Below are positions 36,796 through 47,069 of a stretch of 64,000 bases of DNA, in pieces. The position numbers and the translations under genes were made by a program. A model generated the notes under the pieces. The model was given only the letters and a program-made list of their open reading frames with translations. It had not been told where the DNA came from and made no database searches. This DNA is from an uncultured Acidimicrobiales bacterium (GTDB taxonomy: Bacteria > Actinomycetota > Acidimicrobiia > Acidimicrobiales > SHLQ01), in assembly GCA_938038815.1 (NCBI GenBank), contig CALHTF010000059.1, forward strand, positions 15,023-79,022, written 5' to 3'. Position 1 is the stretch's first letter, and every line of letters begins with the position of its first letter.

Positions 36796-37785
36796 GTGAA
36801 TCTGCACGAGGTCGAGCACCATATCGCCGCCGCCGAACTGGTCGAAGCGGTCGACCTACTCGCCGCGCTCGATGCCGAACGACCGTCTGCGGAAACCAAG
36901 GTGCGGCTCCGCGATCTCCGATACCAGGCTGGTGAATCGCTGCGAACCACCGAGGGGCGAGCCGACTGGCCGCCGCAGTATGAGGATCCGTTTGGTGCCG
37001 ACTGTGGTCCGATTCCCGAGATCACCCGCGACCAACTCGATGTGGCGACCATCGGCGGAGCGGTTGCCAACCGTGGCCTACTGCTGGTGCGCAACCTGTT
37101 TGACGACCAACAGGCCGCCGACGCCCTTCATGCCTTACAACAAGCGCACGAAGCTCGCGAGCGCGATACCGGCGGCGACGAGTGGTACCACCGCTTCGAC
37201 GTCGAGAGCCCCGACGACCTTCCGTTTCGCGAGCGAGTCGAACGCAACGGCGGTACCTGGCTCGCCGACTGCCCGGCCACGACCGAGCATGTTCTGTCGG
37301 CGCTCCACGACGTTGGCGTGGTCGATGCGTTCGCTGCGCACTTCGGCGAACGACCGGTGTTCTCACTGCAGAAGTCGACGCTGCGCTGCGTGGCTCCTGA
37401 GCAGCGGATTACCGCCTGGCACCAGGACGGCTCGTTCCTCGACGACACCGTCCGCACGATGAACGTGTGGGTGGCGCTCAGCCACTGCGGCGGCGACTTG
37501 CCCGCATCGGGTCTGGAGATCGTGCCGAAACGGATGACTGAGTTCATGCCACTCAAACCCGAGCTTGCCAAAGCAGCGGTCCCCTTCGAGGTGGTCGAGG
37601 AGTTAGCCAAAGAGACGCCGATTGTGCGTCCCGAGTTCGCACCCGGCGACGCCCTCATCTTCGACGAACGCCTGCTGCACCGGACCTACCTCGGCCCAGG
37701 TCTCACCGAACCGCGCTACGCCCTCGAGTGCTGGTTCTTTGCCCCGTCGCACACCACCGGCCGCTACACCCCATTCCTGGCCTAG
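36796..37785 (+). CDS. Fe(II)/2-oxoglutarate dioxygenase, PhyH-like
   Basis: WHQDG, NVWVAL, GLEIVP, PGDALIF...HRT, RYALE. Confidence 0.82.
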   Translation: MNLHEVEHHIAAAELVEAVDLLAALDAERPSAETKVRLRDLRYQAGESLRTTEGRADWPPQYEDPFGADCGPIPEITRDQLDVATIGGAVANRGLLLVRNLFDDQQAADALHALQQAHEARERDTGGDEWYHRFDVESPDDLPFRERVERNGGTWLADCPATTEHVLSALHDVGVVDAFAAHFGERPVFSLQKSTLRCVAPEQRITAWHQDGSFLDDTVRTMNVWVALSHCGGDLPASGLEIVPKRMTEFMPLKPELAKAAVPFEVVEELAKETPIVRPEFAPGDALIFDERLLHRTYLGPGLTEPRYALECWFFAPSHTTGRYTPFLA

Positions 37786-37819
37786 AGGTCGGGGCCTGGC
37801 CCCGTTGGGGGTTGACCTC
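37785..37819. repeat. Palindromic element between convergent genes
   Basis: CGGGGCC-T-GGCCCCG (37790-37804) with flanking GAGGTC...GACCTC. Confidence 0.55.
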
Positions 37820-37840
37820 GGCGCCGTGACTCTCGCTTTC

Positions 37841-39259
37841 CTAGCTGGCGGATTCTCGGGCTTCGTAGCTGCCTTGGTTTTTGTTGAGCCGCTTGCTGAG
37901 GTGCAGGCCCTCGAGGATGAACTCAACCGCGCTGGCGACCACGGTTGGGTTCTTGGTGTCTTCCTCGCCATCGAGAACCGCGGCGACCGCTTTGTCCATC
38001 GCAGGGATCTCCGATAGGCGTCCGGCGATATCGGACGACGACAGCGCCTGACCGGTTTCGACCACCGCACCCGACTCAAACGAATCGAGGATGCCACGGT
38101 GGGTCTCGCCCGGCACGCTCTCGCGGAACACGATGAGCACGGCGCTGTTGATGAGGTGCTCGAGGACTTCGCCTTCGCGGTCGGAGTCGAGCGACTCGAT
38201 CTCGACCTTGCCCGAGGTCGACGCCGCAAGGGCGCCAAGGTCGGAGATGCGAGGCACGACCTTGTCTTCGCCCAAGCGAAGCGACCGGCGGGTGGCGTTC
38301 GCCACCATGGTCTCGAAGTTGGTCACGGTGAGCCGCACCGACACACCCGAACGTTGGTTGATGCTGCTGCTCTGGCGAGCGAGTTGGCTGACGGTCGAGA
38401 CAATCTCGGCCATGAAGTCGGGCACGGTCACGTCGACATCGTCGGGGCTAGCGAGCACGGCTTCTTGATCGACGATCGCCATTTCGGTCTCGACGTCGAG
38501 CGGATAGTGCGTGCGTATCTGACTACCGAAACGATCCTTCAGCGGCGTGATGAGTCGACCACGGTTGGTGTAGTCCTCCGGGTTGGCCGAGGCGACCAAC
38601 ATGACATCGATCGGCAAGCGCACCTTGTAACCACGCACCTGCACGTCGCGTTCTTCGAGCACGTTGAGCAGACCCACCTGGATGCGCTCGGACAGGTCGG
38701 GAAGTTCGTTGATGGCAAAGATGCCCCGGTTGGTGCGGGGCACCAGGCCGTAGTGCAGGGTGAGCTCGTCGGACAGATAACGACCTTCGGCAACCTTGAT
38801 CGGGTCGACCTCACCGATGAGGTCGGCGATCGAGGTATCGGGGGTGGCGAGCTTCTCGCCGTATCGCTGGTCGCGGTGGATCCAGTCGATCTGGGTTTCG
38901 TCGCCGTGTTCTTCGATCAGGTCGCGGGCGTACTTCGAGCTCGGGTTGTACGGGTCGTCGTAGATCTCTGAGCCGGCGACGATCGGCATCCACTCTTCGA
39001 GCAGATCCGTAAGCGCCCGAATCATTCGGGTCTTGGCCTGACCTCGTTCGCCGAGGAAGATCACGTCGTGACCGGCCAGCAGGGCATTCTCGAGCTGAGG
39101 CAGAACGGTGTCTTCGTAGCCCATCACCGCGGGGACCAACGGTTCGCCGGCCCGGACCCGGGCGATGGCGTTACGGCGCAGTTCTTCTTTGACCGAGAGC
39201 GACTCCCAGCCAGAAGCGCGTAGCTCAGCCAGGGTGGAAACAGAGGGTTTGGTCGACAT
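37841..39259 (-). CDS. ChlI/magnesium-chelatase-like AAA+ ATPase (Rv0958-like)
   Basis: GERGQAKT, EKLATPDTSIADLIG, INELPDL, ASANPEDYTNRGR, KDRFG, RTHYP. Confidence 0.92.
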   Translation of the reverse strand: MSTKPSVSTLAELRASGWESLSVKEELRRNAIARVRAGEPLVPAVMGYEDTVLPQLENALLAGHDVIFLGERGQAKTRMIRALTDLLEEWMPIVAGSEIYDDPYNPSSKYARDLIEEHGDETQIDWIHRDQRYGEKLATPDTSIADLIGEVDPIKVAEGRYLSDELTLHYGLVPRTNRGIFAINELPDLSERIQVGLLNVLEERDVQVRGYKVRLPIDVMLVASANPEDYTNRGRLITPLKDRFGSQIRTHYPLDVETEMAIVDQEAVLASPDDVDVTVPDFMAEIVSTVSQLARQSSSINQRSGVSVRLTVTNFETMVANATRRSLRLGEDKVVPRISDLGALAASTSGKVEIESLDSDREGEVLEHLINSAVLIVFRESVPGETHRGILDSFESGAVVETGQALSSSDIAGRLSEIPAMDKAVAAVLDGEEDTKNPTVVASAVEFILEGLHLSKRLNKNQGSYEARESAS

Positions 39260-39322
39260 GTCCGTCGAACCTAGTCGCGCCACCTCAAAAGCGCAGAACG
39301 GTCCGGACGGTCATCCTGAGCG

Positions 39323-39339
39323 TTCTGCCTCTGGCAGAA
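39323..39339. promoter_or_regulatory. PopR-type operator TCTGCC-N3-GGCAGA
   Basis: TTCTGCC TCT GGCAGAA just upstream of the -35 region of the clpP operon (-10-like CACACT at 39367-39372). Confidence 0.8.
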
Positions 39340-39378
39340 ACGGGCACCGAACCTTGGCGAAGCGGTCACACTGCGAAG

Positions 39379-39990
39379 ATGAACGGCTCAGGAACCAACC
39401 CGCAAGAACATCTCCTCGACCGTCGGGTCATTTGGCTCGGCGAGGAGGTCAGCGACGAAAGCGCCAACCGGGTGACCGCCCAACTGCTGCATCTGTCGCT
39501 GGTCGATCCCGAAAGCGACATTGCGTTGGTGATCAACTCGCCCGGCGGATCGGTGATGGCGGGCCTTGCGGTGTACGACACCATGCAACTCATCCCGAAC
39601 GATGTGGCCACTATCGCCGTCGGCTTCGCGGCCAGCATGGGGCAGGTCTTGTTGTGCGCCGGAGCGCCTGGAAAACGACTGGCGCTGCCCCACGCTCAGG
39701 TGGTGATGCACGAAGGTTCGGCCGGGCTCGGTGGCTGGGCGGCCGATGTTGAAATTCAGGCGGCAAACCTGGTGGCCACGCTCGACCGGCTGCGAGCGAT
39801 CATCGCCCGCCATTGCAACAAACCGATCGCCGAAATCGAACAAGATGTGGGCCGCGACCGGTGGTTTGATGCCGAGCAGGCGCTTGCGTACGGCTTCATC
39901 GACCGGATCGTCGAATCGATGGACGACATCGTGCCTCGGCCGCTCAGCCGCACCGTCGGGCTGACCGGATCGTTCGGCGTCGCCTCGTGA
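39379..39990 (+). CDS. clpP: ClpP proteolytic subunit (ClpP3-like, triad intact)
   Basis: INSPGGSV, AASMG (Ser), VMHEG (His), RDRWF (Asp). Confidence 0.93.
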   Translation: MNGSGTNPQEHLLDRRVIWLGEEVSDESANRVTAQLLHLSLVDPESDIALVINSPGGSVMAGLAVYDTMQLIPNDVATIAVGFAASMGQVLLCAGAPGKRLALPHAQVVMHEGSAGLGGWAADVEIQAANLVATLDRLRAIIARHCNKPIAEIEQDVGRDRWFDAEQALAYGFIDRIVESMDDIVPRPLSRTVGLTGSFGVAS

Positions 39991-40625
39991 GCAGCTACAC
40001 GATCCCGACCGTGGTCGAAACCACCGCCCGGGGCGAACGGGTGTCCGACATTTACAGCCGACTGTTGAGCGAACGCATCATCTTCATCGGCACCCCGATC
40101 GACGACGGGGTGGCCAATGTGGTGATCGCCCAACTCCTTCACCTGACCGCCGAGTCGGCCGACCGCGACATCTCGCTCTACATCAACTCGCCGGGCGGAA
40201 GTCAGAGCGCCGCGCTCGCCATCTACGACACGATGCAGTTCGCCCGGCCCGACATCGCCACGCTGTGTATTGGCCAAGCTGGTTCCACCGCCGCACTTTT
40301 GTTGGCGGCGGGAACAGCAGGCAAACGAGCAGCGCTCCCGCACGCTCGCATCTTGCTCCAGCAACCTCAGACCGAAGGTCGACGAGGGTCGATTAGCGAC
40401 CTGGCGATCGAGGCCGACGAACTCGCCCGAGTGCGCTCGGAGAGCGAAACGATCCTGGCCAACCATCTCGGCCGGCCGGTGGAACAGATTCGGCGCGACA
40501 CCGACCGAGCGCTGGTGCTTCGCAGCCTCGAAGCGGTCGACTACGGCGTGATCGACAGTGTGTTTGCGTCGGCGGGGTCAGGCGGCGAGTCGGAGTTGCG
40601 GACCGCGATCCATCCCGATCTCTAG
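39987..40625 (+). CDS. clpP: ClpP-family subunit (ClpP4-like; His and Asp of triad substituted)
   Basis: DIYSRLLSERIIF, YINSPGG, QAGST, ILLQQP, DTDRALVL. GTGA overlap. Confidence 0.9.
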   Translation: MSSYTIPTVVETTARGERVSDIYSRLLSERIIFIGTPIDDGVANVVIAQLLHLTAESADRDISLYINSPGGSQSAALAIYDTMQFARPDIATLCIGQAGSTAALLLAAGTAGKRAALPHARILLQQPQTEGRRGSISDLAIEADELARVRSESETILANHLGRPVEQIRRDTDRALVLRSLEAVDYGVIDSVFASAGSGGESELRTAIHPDL

Positions 40626-40964
40626 GCGGTCGGCGGCGCGACGCAGAACGTCGGCCACCTCGACACCGAGGGCGTCGCACACCGACTCGAGCAGATCGGA
40701 CGAAACCTCTTTGCGGCCCCGTTCGATCTCGGACAGGTACGGAAGGGAGACCGCCGCATCGGTGGCGACTTCGTGCAGGGTCCGGTCCTGCTCGGTGCGC
40801 TCCGAGCGGAGCACATCGCCGATCGCGTGGCGCACCTTTGGTCGATCCCCAGGTGCAACGTTTGGTTTGCGGCCACGAGAAATGGGCACAACGTCGGCGA
40901 GTCGCTCCTCGGGCGTCGCTGGGCGGTCGGCGGTGCTGTCGGGTTCGTTGAGATCCTCGGCCAT
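40578..40964 (-). CDS. XRE-family activator, PopR/ClgR-like
   Basis: IGDVLRSER..RTLHEVA..VSLPYLSEIERGRKEVSS; C-terminal LRLAA. Confidence 0.88.
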   Translation of the reverse strand: MAEDLNEPDSTADRPATPEERLADVVPISRGRKPNVAPGDRPKVRHAIGDVLRSERTEQDRTLHEVATDAAVSLPYLSEIERGRKEVSSDLLESVCDALGVEVADVLRRAADRLEIGMDRGPQLRLAA

Positions 40965-41032
40965 GCCCAACCATACCGAACCGAAACAGCCCGTCTCGGG
41001 GGTAGTGGTCGATTGCTTGGTAGTTTCGGGCG

Positions 41033-43156
41033 GTGCAGTTACCTGGACCATGGCGGGCGTTTGTCGGCGACGACGATCTACGGCGTTCGTTTGCCGATGT
41101 CGACTTCGATGATTCGCATTGGGCGCAGACCCAGGTGCCCGGCCACTGGCGGTCCGACGCCTCGTTCGCTGACGCCGACGGGCCGATCTTCTACCGCACC
41201 TCGTTCAGCCTCGACTCCCCTGCCGATGCTTCCGGCCTACCAAAGCTGGCGATCGCCGACGATCAGGTACGCACCTGGTTGCGATTCGACGGCATCTTCT
41301 ACGACGCCGATGTCTTCCTCAACGGCAGCTACCTCGGCGATACCTCGGGCTACTTCTTTCCGCACACCTTTGAGATCACCGATCAACTGGTGGTGCGCGA
41401 CACGCACGAACTAGCGGTCGAAGTGAATTGCTGGCCCCAGAAGGACAAACAGGCCAAACGGAATCTGACCGGCGCGTTTCAACACGCTGACTACATCGAC
41501 CCCGACTGGAATCCGGGCGGCATCTGGCAACCGGTGCATGTCTCCACGACGGGGCCGGTGGCGATTCGGTTCTTCCGGGTCATCTGCACCGAGGCGTCCG
41601 AGCACTCGGCCACCCTCGCCATCCGAGCGGTGGTCGATTCCGAAACAGCCCGCGAGGTGGTGTTCGCCACCGAAGTCGCCGGCGTTCAACACGAACATCC
41701 CCAACCCTTGGCCGCTGGCGAGAACCGGGTCGAGTGGACGGTAAGCATCACCGACCCCGAGCTGTGGTGGCCGCATTCGCTCGGCGAGCAAACCCTTCAC
41801 GACGTACACGTCGAACTCCGACTCGACGACGGCGAGCTGAGCGATCAACGAACCCGTCGCACCGGCTTCCGGTCGGTTCGCACCGACAACTGGGTCACGT
41901 CGATCAACGGAACCCGACTCTTCCTCAAGGGCATCAACTTGGCGCCGACCACCCGCGGTTTGGCCGACGCAACGGTCGAACAAGTGGAGGGCGACATGAC
42001 CGCCGCCAAGGACGCCGGCCTCGACATGGTTCGGGTCCATTCGCACATCGCCCGACCCGAGCTGTACGCAGCGGCCGACGAGCTCGGGCTGTTGATCTGG
42101 CAAGACTTCCCGATGCATCAGGGGTACGACCGAAGCGTTCGGGGCCAAGCGGGTCGCCAGGCGCGCGAGATGGTCGACCTTCTGGGGCATCACCCGTCGG
42201 TGTTCACCTGGTGCGGCCACAACGAACCCGATGGCCGCGATAACTCGGTGCCGGCTCCCTCGTTGGTGAAGTCGAATCGGCCCGGCTGGAACCGCACCGT
42301 CCTCGACCGGACCATCAAACGAGCGATCGCCAAGAACGATCCATCACGTCCGATCATCGCTCACTCGGGTGTGCCGCCCCATCTGCCGCTGCTCGACGGA
42401 ACCGACAGCCATCTTTGGTACGGCTGGCATGGCGTGGGCGACGCCACCGACATGGCGGCCGCCGCGGCGGTGATGGCCCGACCGATGCGGTTCGTGTCGG
42501 AGTTCGGCGCCCAGAGCGTTCCGGTGAGCGCCGACTTCTGCGAACCCGAACGTTGGCCAAACCTCAACTGGGACGCCATCGCCGCTCAGCACGGACTCGA
42601 CCGCAACGTCATGTTGCACCGGATTCCGCCGTCGATGTTTGAAACCTTCGATGAGTGGGCCGAAGCCACCCGGCTTTACCAAGCGTTTGTGGTCAAGACC
42701 CAGATCGAAACGCTGCGGCGACTCAAATACCGACCGACCGGCGGCTTCAGTGTGCACCACCTCAACGACTCGCAGCCGGCGATCAGCACGTCGCTGCTCG
42801 GCGACGACCGCCGACCCAAACCGGCGTACCAGTCGTTGGTCGATGCGTGCCGCCCGGTGATCGTCACCGCCGACCCGTTCCCGTACGACCCGGTTCCCGG
42901 TACTACGGTGACCCTCGGCGTGCACGTGGTGAACGATCTCCAAACCGCCGCTGGTAACGCCGTCGTGCGAGCGACCCTGCACGACCCGACCGGCAGTTTC
43001 GAGTACCGGTGGGAAGGCGAAATCGAAGCCGACACCGTGGTTCGGGTAGGCGAAGTCCGCTGGCAGGTTCCCTCGGGAATCGGCGACGTAACCCTCGACC
43101 TCGAACTCACCGGCACCGACGTAACCGTCACCAACCGCTACGGCAGCTCGCTGTAA
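41033..43156 (+). CDS. Glycoside hydrolase family 2 (beta-mannosidase-like)
   Basis: VPGHW, LRFDGIFY, GGIWQPV, LWWP, INGTRLFLKG, WCGHNEP, FVSEFG. Confidence 0.9.
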   Translation: MQLPGPWRAFVGDDDLRRSFADVDFDDSHWAQTQVPGHWRSDASFADADGPIFYRTSFSLDSPADASGLPKLAIADDQVRTWLRFDGIFYDADVFLNGSYLGDTSGYFFPHTFEITDQLVVRDTHELAVEVNCWPQKDKQAKRNLTGAFQHADYIDPDWNPGGIWQPVHVSTTGPVAIRFFRVICTEASEHSATLAIRAVVDSETAREVVFATEVAGVQHEHPQPLAAGENRVEWTVSITDPELWWPHSLGEQTLHDVHVELRLDDGELSDQRTRRTGFRSVRTDNWVTSINGTRLFLKGINLAPTTRGLADATVEQVEGDMTAAKDAGLDMVRVHSHIARPELYAAADELGLLIWQDFPMHQGYDRSVRGQAGRQAREMVDLLGHHPSVFTWCGHNEPDGRDNSVPAPSLVKSNRPGWNRTVLDRTIKRAIAKNDPSRPIIAHSGVPPHLPLLDGTDSHLWYGWHGVGDATDMAAAAAVMARPMRFVSEFGAQSVPVSADFCEPERWPNLNWDAIAAQHGLDRNVMLHRIPPSMFETFDEWAEATRLYQAFVVKTQIETLRRLKYRPTGGFSVHHLNDSQPAISTSLLGDDRRPKPAYQSLVDACRPVIVTADPFPYDPVPGTTVTLGVHVVNDLQTAAGNAVVRATLHDPTGSFEYRWEGEIEADTVVRVGEVRWQVPSGIGDVTLDLELTGTDVTVTNRYGSSL

Positions 43157-43322
43157 CGCACCTCAGGCACCGTGGACGGAACACCGGCATGCAACTCGCC
43201 TGGGCCCGCACGGTTTAGCCTCTGAAGTGACCCGCTATTAGCTTGAAACCTGCGGTCGATAACCGACCGAGTAAGACGGGTGCAATGTTTTGTAGCCGTC
43301 GTCATTCCGGAGGATGCCATAC

Positions 43323-44153
43323 ATGGCTCAAACCCTGTCGAAACCAGGCGGAACGCAACGTCCTGCGCCGCTACGCAAGCCGGTCAAGCCGCTGCCTTTC
43401 CCACTGAGCCTCGGCCAAACGGCCATTGGCAAAAAGTGGCTCATGGCGCTCACCGGCATTGGGCTTATCGGCTTCGTCGTTGCCCACATGGTCGGCAACC
43501 TGCACGTGTACGAAGGCCCGGCGGTCATGGCCGAGTACGCCGAATCGCTCCGCACCATGTTCCAGGGACTCCTCCCCCGCGGCACGGTCGTGTGGGTGCT
43601 GCGCCTCGGCCTCATCGCCATGTTCGCCATTCACATTTGGGCTGCGGTAACGCTCAACTCGATGAACATCAAGGCATCGCCCGGGTCCTACGCCGGCGGC
43701 CGCGACTACATCGCCGCCAACTTCGCCAGCCGCACCATGCGCTGGACCGGCCCGATCATCTTGCTGTACGTCCTGTTTCACCTCGCCGACCTGACCTGGG
43801 GTTGGTGGCTCGGCGACAAGTTCGTTCACGGCGATCCGTACCACAACCTCGCCGCATCGTTCGCCCGACCTGCGGTGCTGATCATCTACATCATCGCCAA
43901 CATTGCGCTGGCGCTTCACATCTTCCACGGCGCCTGGAGCATGTTCCAGAGCCTGGGTATCAACAACCCGAAATACAACGCAGCTCGCCGTGGTTTTGCC
44001 GCTGGCCTCGCGGGACTCATCTTGGTCGGCAATCTGTCGTTCCCGATCTTGTCGGCCGCCGGACTGACCGACGAGGACAACCGCAAGTGCGATCCGTACG
44101 CCGAAGAAGTTCTCGAGTGTCTCGAAGAACAGCTCGCTGAGTCGGGCCACTAA
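43323..44153 (+). CDS. sdhC: Succinate dehydrogenase cytochrome b anchor (single-subunit type)
   Basis: [44 protein letters not shown]; GGAGG RBS. Confidence 0.94.
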   Translation: MAQTLSKPGGTQRPAPLRKPVKPLPFPLSLGQTAIGKKWLMALTGIGLIGFVVAHMVGNLHVYEGPAVMAEYAESLRTMFQGLLPRGTVVWVLRLGLIAMFAIHIWAAVTLNSMNIKASPGSYAGGRDYIAANFASRTMRWTGPIILLYVLFHLADLTWGWWLGDKFVHGDPYHNLAASFARPAVLIIYIIANIALALHIFHGAWSMFQSLGINNPKYNAARRGFAAGLAGLILVGNLSFPILSAAGLTDEDNRKCDPYAEEVLECLEEQLAESGH

Positions 44154-44218
44154 GCCTCCGATCGGTCACGATCGAATCATTCTCTTCTCGCAACGAACTA
44201 CCGAAAGTTCAAAAAACT

Positions 44219-46150
44219 ATGAGCGGTTATAGCGACGTCCTCGACAGCAAGGTCCCCGACGGACCGATTGCCGACAAGTGGACCAACCACAAGTTCGACA
44301 TGAAGCTGGTCAACCCGGCCAACAAACGCAAGTTTGAGGTCATCGTGGTCGGTACCGGTCTGGCCGGTGCCTCGGCGGCGGCGACCATGGGCGAACTCGG
44401 CTACAAGGTGAAGGCGTTCACCTTCCACGATTCACCCCGCCGGGCGCACAGCATTGCCGCCCAGGGTGGCATCAACGCGGCGAAGAACTACCAGAACGAT
44501 GGCGACAGCGTGCACCGGTTGTTCTACGACACGGTCAAGGGCGGCGACTACCGCTCACGCGAGGCCAACGTGCATCGCCTCGCCGAAGTGTCGGTCAACA
44601 TCATCGACCAAGCCGCCGCCCAAGGTGTGCCCTTCGCCCGCGAGTACGGCGGCTTGCTCGCCAACCGCTCGTTCGGTGGCGCACAGGTAAGTCGTACCTT
44701 CTACGCCCGTGGCCAGACCGGCCAGCAGCTGCTGCTCGGTGCGTACTCGGCGCTTATGCGTCAGGTGAACGAAGGCGGCGTCGAACTCTTCAACCGCCAA
44801 GAGATGCTCGAACTGGTCACCAAGGACGGCGAAGCGTGCGGCATTGTTTGCCGCGACCTCATCACCGGCGAGATCAGCACCCACTCGGCCCACGCGGTGG
44901 TGTTGGCGACCGGTGGTTACGGCAACGTCTACTACCTGTCGACCAACGCCATGATGTGCAACACCACGGCCACCTGGCGTGCGCACCGCAAGGGCGCCTT
45001 CTTCGCCAACCCGTGTTACACCCAGATCCACCCGACCTGTATCCCCTCGAGCGACCCGTTCCAGTCGAAGCTGACCCTCATGTCGGAGTCGCTACGTAAC
45101 GACGGCCGCATCTGGGTCCCCAACAACTTCGACGAGACCCGCGCCGCTGCCGACATTCCCGAGGACGAGCGCGACTACTACCTCGAACGCAAGTACCCGG
45201 CCTTCGGTAACCTCGTGCCTCGCGACGTTGCGTCTCGTAACGCCAAGACCGTGGTCGATGCCGGCAAGGGTGTGGGTTCGCTCAAAAACGGTGTGTACCT
45301 CGACTTTGCGGCGGCCATCGCTCGCGACGGCGAAGACACGATTCGGGCCAAGTACGGCAACTTGTTCGACATGTACCAGCGGATCACGGGCGAGAACCCG
45401 TACAAGCAGCCGATGCGTATCTACCCCGCCACCCACTACACGATGGGCGGCCTGTGGGTCGACTACCACCTCAGCACCACCATCCCCGGTTGTTATGCGA
45501 TCGGCGAAGCCAACTTCTCCGATCACGGCGCCAACCGCCTCGGTGCGTCGGCACTGATGCAGGGCTTGGCCGACGGCTACTTCGTTCTGCCGTACACCAT
45601 TGGTAACTACCTGGCCGAAAAGCTCGGATCCGCGCCGGTGCCCACCAGCGACCCGGTGTTCGCGGAGGCGCAAGCCGACGTAACCGACCGCACCAACCGC
45701 TGGCTGTCGATCAACGGCACCAAGTCGGTCGACCACTATCACCGCGAACTCGGCAAGCTGGTGTGGGATTACATCGGCATGGAGCGCGACAAGAACGGTC
45801 TCGAAAAGGCCATCAGCGAAATCAGCTCGCTCGAAGAAGAGTTCCATAAGAACGTTCGGGTTCTCGGCAGTGCCGACACCCTCAACCAGTCGCTCGAAAA
45901 GGCCGGCCGCGTGGCCGACTTCTTCGGCCTCGCCAAGGTCAAGGCTCGCGACGCACTCGTGCGTGAAGAGTCAGCGGGCGGTCACTTCCGCTCCGAGCAC
46001 CAGACCGAAGAGGGCGAAGCCAAGCGCGACGACGAGAACTTCAAACACGTCACGGCGTGGGAGTGGACGGGCGAAGACTCGGCCCAGAACGAGCATCGTG
46101 AAGAGCTCACCTTTGACACCGTTCCGCTCACCCAGCGCAGCTACAAGTAG
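44219..46150 (+). CDS. sdhA: Succinate dehydrogenase/fumarate reductase flavoprotein
   Basis: [45 protein letters not shown]. Confidence 0.97.
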   Translation: MSGYSDVLDSKVPDGPIADKWTNHKFDMKLVNPANKRKFEVIVVGTGLAGASAAATMGELGYKVKAFTFHDSPRRAHSIAAQGGINAAKNYQNDGDSVHRLFYDTVKGGDYRSREANVHRLAEVSVNIIDQAAAQGVPFAREYGGLLANRSFGGAQVSRTFYARGQTGQQLLLGAYSALMRQVNEGGVELFNRQEMLELVTKDGEACGIVCRDLITGEISTHSAHAVVLATGGYGNVYYLSTNAMMCNTTATWRAHRKGAFFANPCYTQIHPTCIPSSDPFQSKLTLMSESLRNDGRIWVPNNFDETRAAADIPEDERDYYLERKYPAFGNLVPRDVASRNAKTVVDAGKGVGSLKNGVYLDFAAAIARDGEDTIRAKYGNLFDMYQRITGENPYKQPMRIYPATHYTMGGLWVDYHLSTTIPGCYAIGEANFSDHGANRLGASALMQGLADGYFVLPYTIGNYLAEKLGSAPVPTSDPVFAEAQADVTDRTNRWLSINGTKSVDHYHRELGKLVWDYIGMERDKNGLEKAISEISSLEEEFHKNVRVLGSADTLNQSLEKAGRVADFFGLAKVKARDALVREESAGGHFRSEHQTEEGEAKRDDENFKHVTAWEWTGEDSAQNEHREELTFDTVPLTQRSYK

Positions 46151-46158
46151 GAATCATC

Positions 46159-46944
46159 ATGGAAAAGACCCACTCCGAAAAGACGATGACTCTGACGCTG
46201 AAGGTTTGGCGTCAAGAACCAGGCCAGACCGGTGGTTTCCAAACCTACGAAGCTCCGGGCATCAGCGAGGACATGTCGTTCCTCGAAATGCTCGATGTCG
46301 TCAACGAACGACTCATCGAAGATGGCACCCCGCCAATCGTGTTCGAGAGCGACTGTCGCGAAGGAATTTGCGGTACCTGCAACCTGATGATCGATGGCCG
46401 AGCACACGGCCCCGAGAAGGCCACCGCCACCTGTCAGCTGCACATGCGTAGCTACAACGACGGCGACCACATCACCATCGAGCCGTGGCGTGCCGCATCG
46501 TTCCCGATCATTCGCGACCTTGCGGTCGACCGGTCGCCGCTCGACGCTATTCAGGAAGCGGGCGGTTACATCACCGCCCCTACCGGTAGTGCGTCCGACG
46601 CCAACCTCACCCCGGTCCCTAAGCCGGCCGCCGACGCCGCTATGGATGCCGCAGCCTGCATTGGTTGTGGCGCGTGTGTTGCCGCGTGCCCGAACTCGGC
46701 CGCCCAGCTGTTTACCGCCGCCAAGGTTATGCACATGAACCTGCTGCCCCAGGGCCAGGCCGAGCGCTGGCAGCGTACCGAGAACATGGTCGAGACCATG
46801 GAGGAATACTTCGGTTCGTGCACCAACCACGGCGAGTGCCACGAGGCGTGCCCCAAAGAGATCAGCCTCGACTTCATTGCGATGATGAACAAGGACTACG
46901 TGAAGTCCAAGATCAAGAACCGCAAGCTCTCCGGCCAGGGTTAA
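46159..46944 (+). CDS. sdhB: Succinate dehydrogenase/fumarate reductase Fe-S subunit
   Basis: [33 protein letters not shown]. Confidence 0.97.
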   Translation: MEKTHSEKTMTLTLKVWRQEPGQTGGFQTYEAPGISEDMSFLEMLDVVNERLIEDGTPPIVFESDCREGICGTCNLMIDGRAHGPEKATATCQLHMRSYNDGDHITIEPWRAASFPIIRDLAVDRSPLDAIQEAGGYITAPTGSASDANLTPVPKPAADAAMDAAACIGCGACVAACPNSAAQLFTAAKVMHMNLLPQGQAERWQRTENMVETMEEYFGSCTNHGECHEACPKEISLDFIAMMNKDYVKSKIKNRKLSGQG

Positions 46945-47069
46945 CCCCTCCGCCCAAACGCTGGCGCACCTGGGCCGCCAAAGCGACCCGCGGTTCGCAA
47001 CGCTGAATTTTTCTCGTACCAACCACCGATGCGGTGGTAATGTACGCACCAGAAAAGAACGGCGGGAAA

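Noticed and set aside
37841-39259. Magnesium chelatase / photosynthesis gene
   Set aside because: Matches the widespread non-photosynthetic Rv0958-type AAA+ family; no bch/chl genes in the window
43200-43320. Hairpins in the sdhC leader as a regulatory RNA
   Set aside because: Short dyads only; not distinguishable from ordinary promoter or leader structure without conservation data
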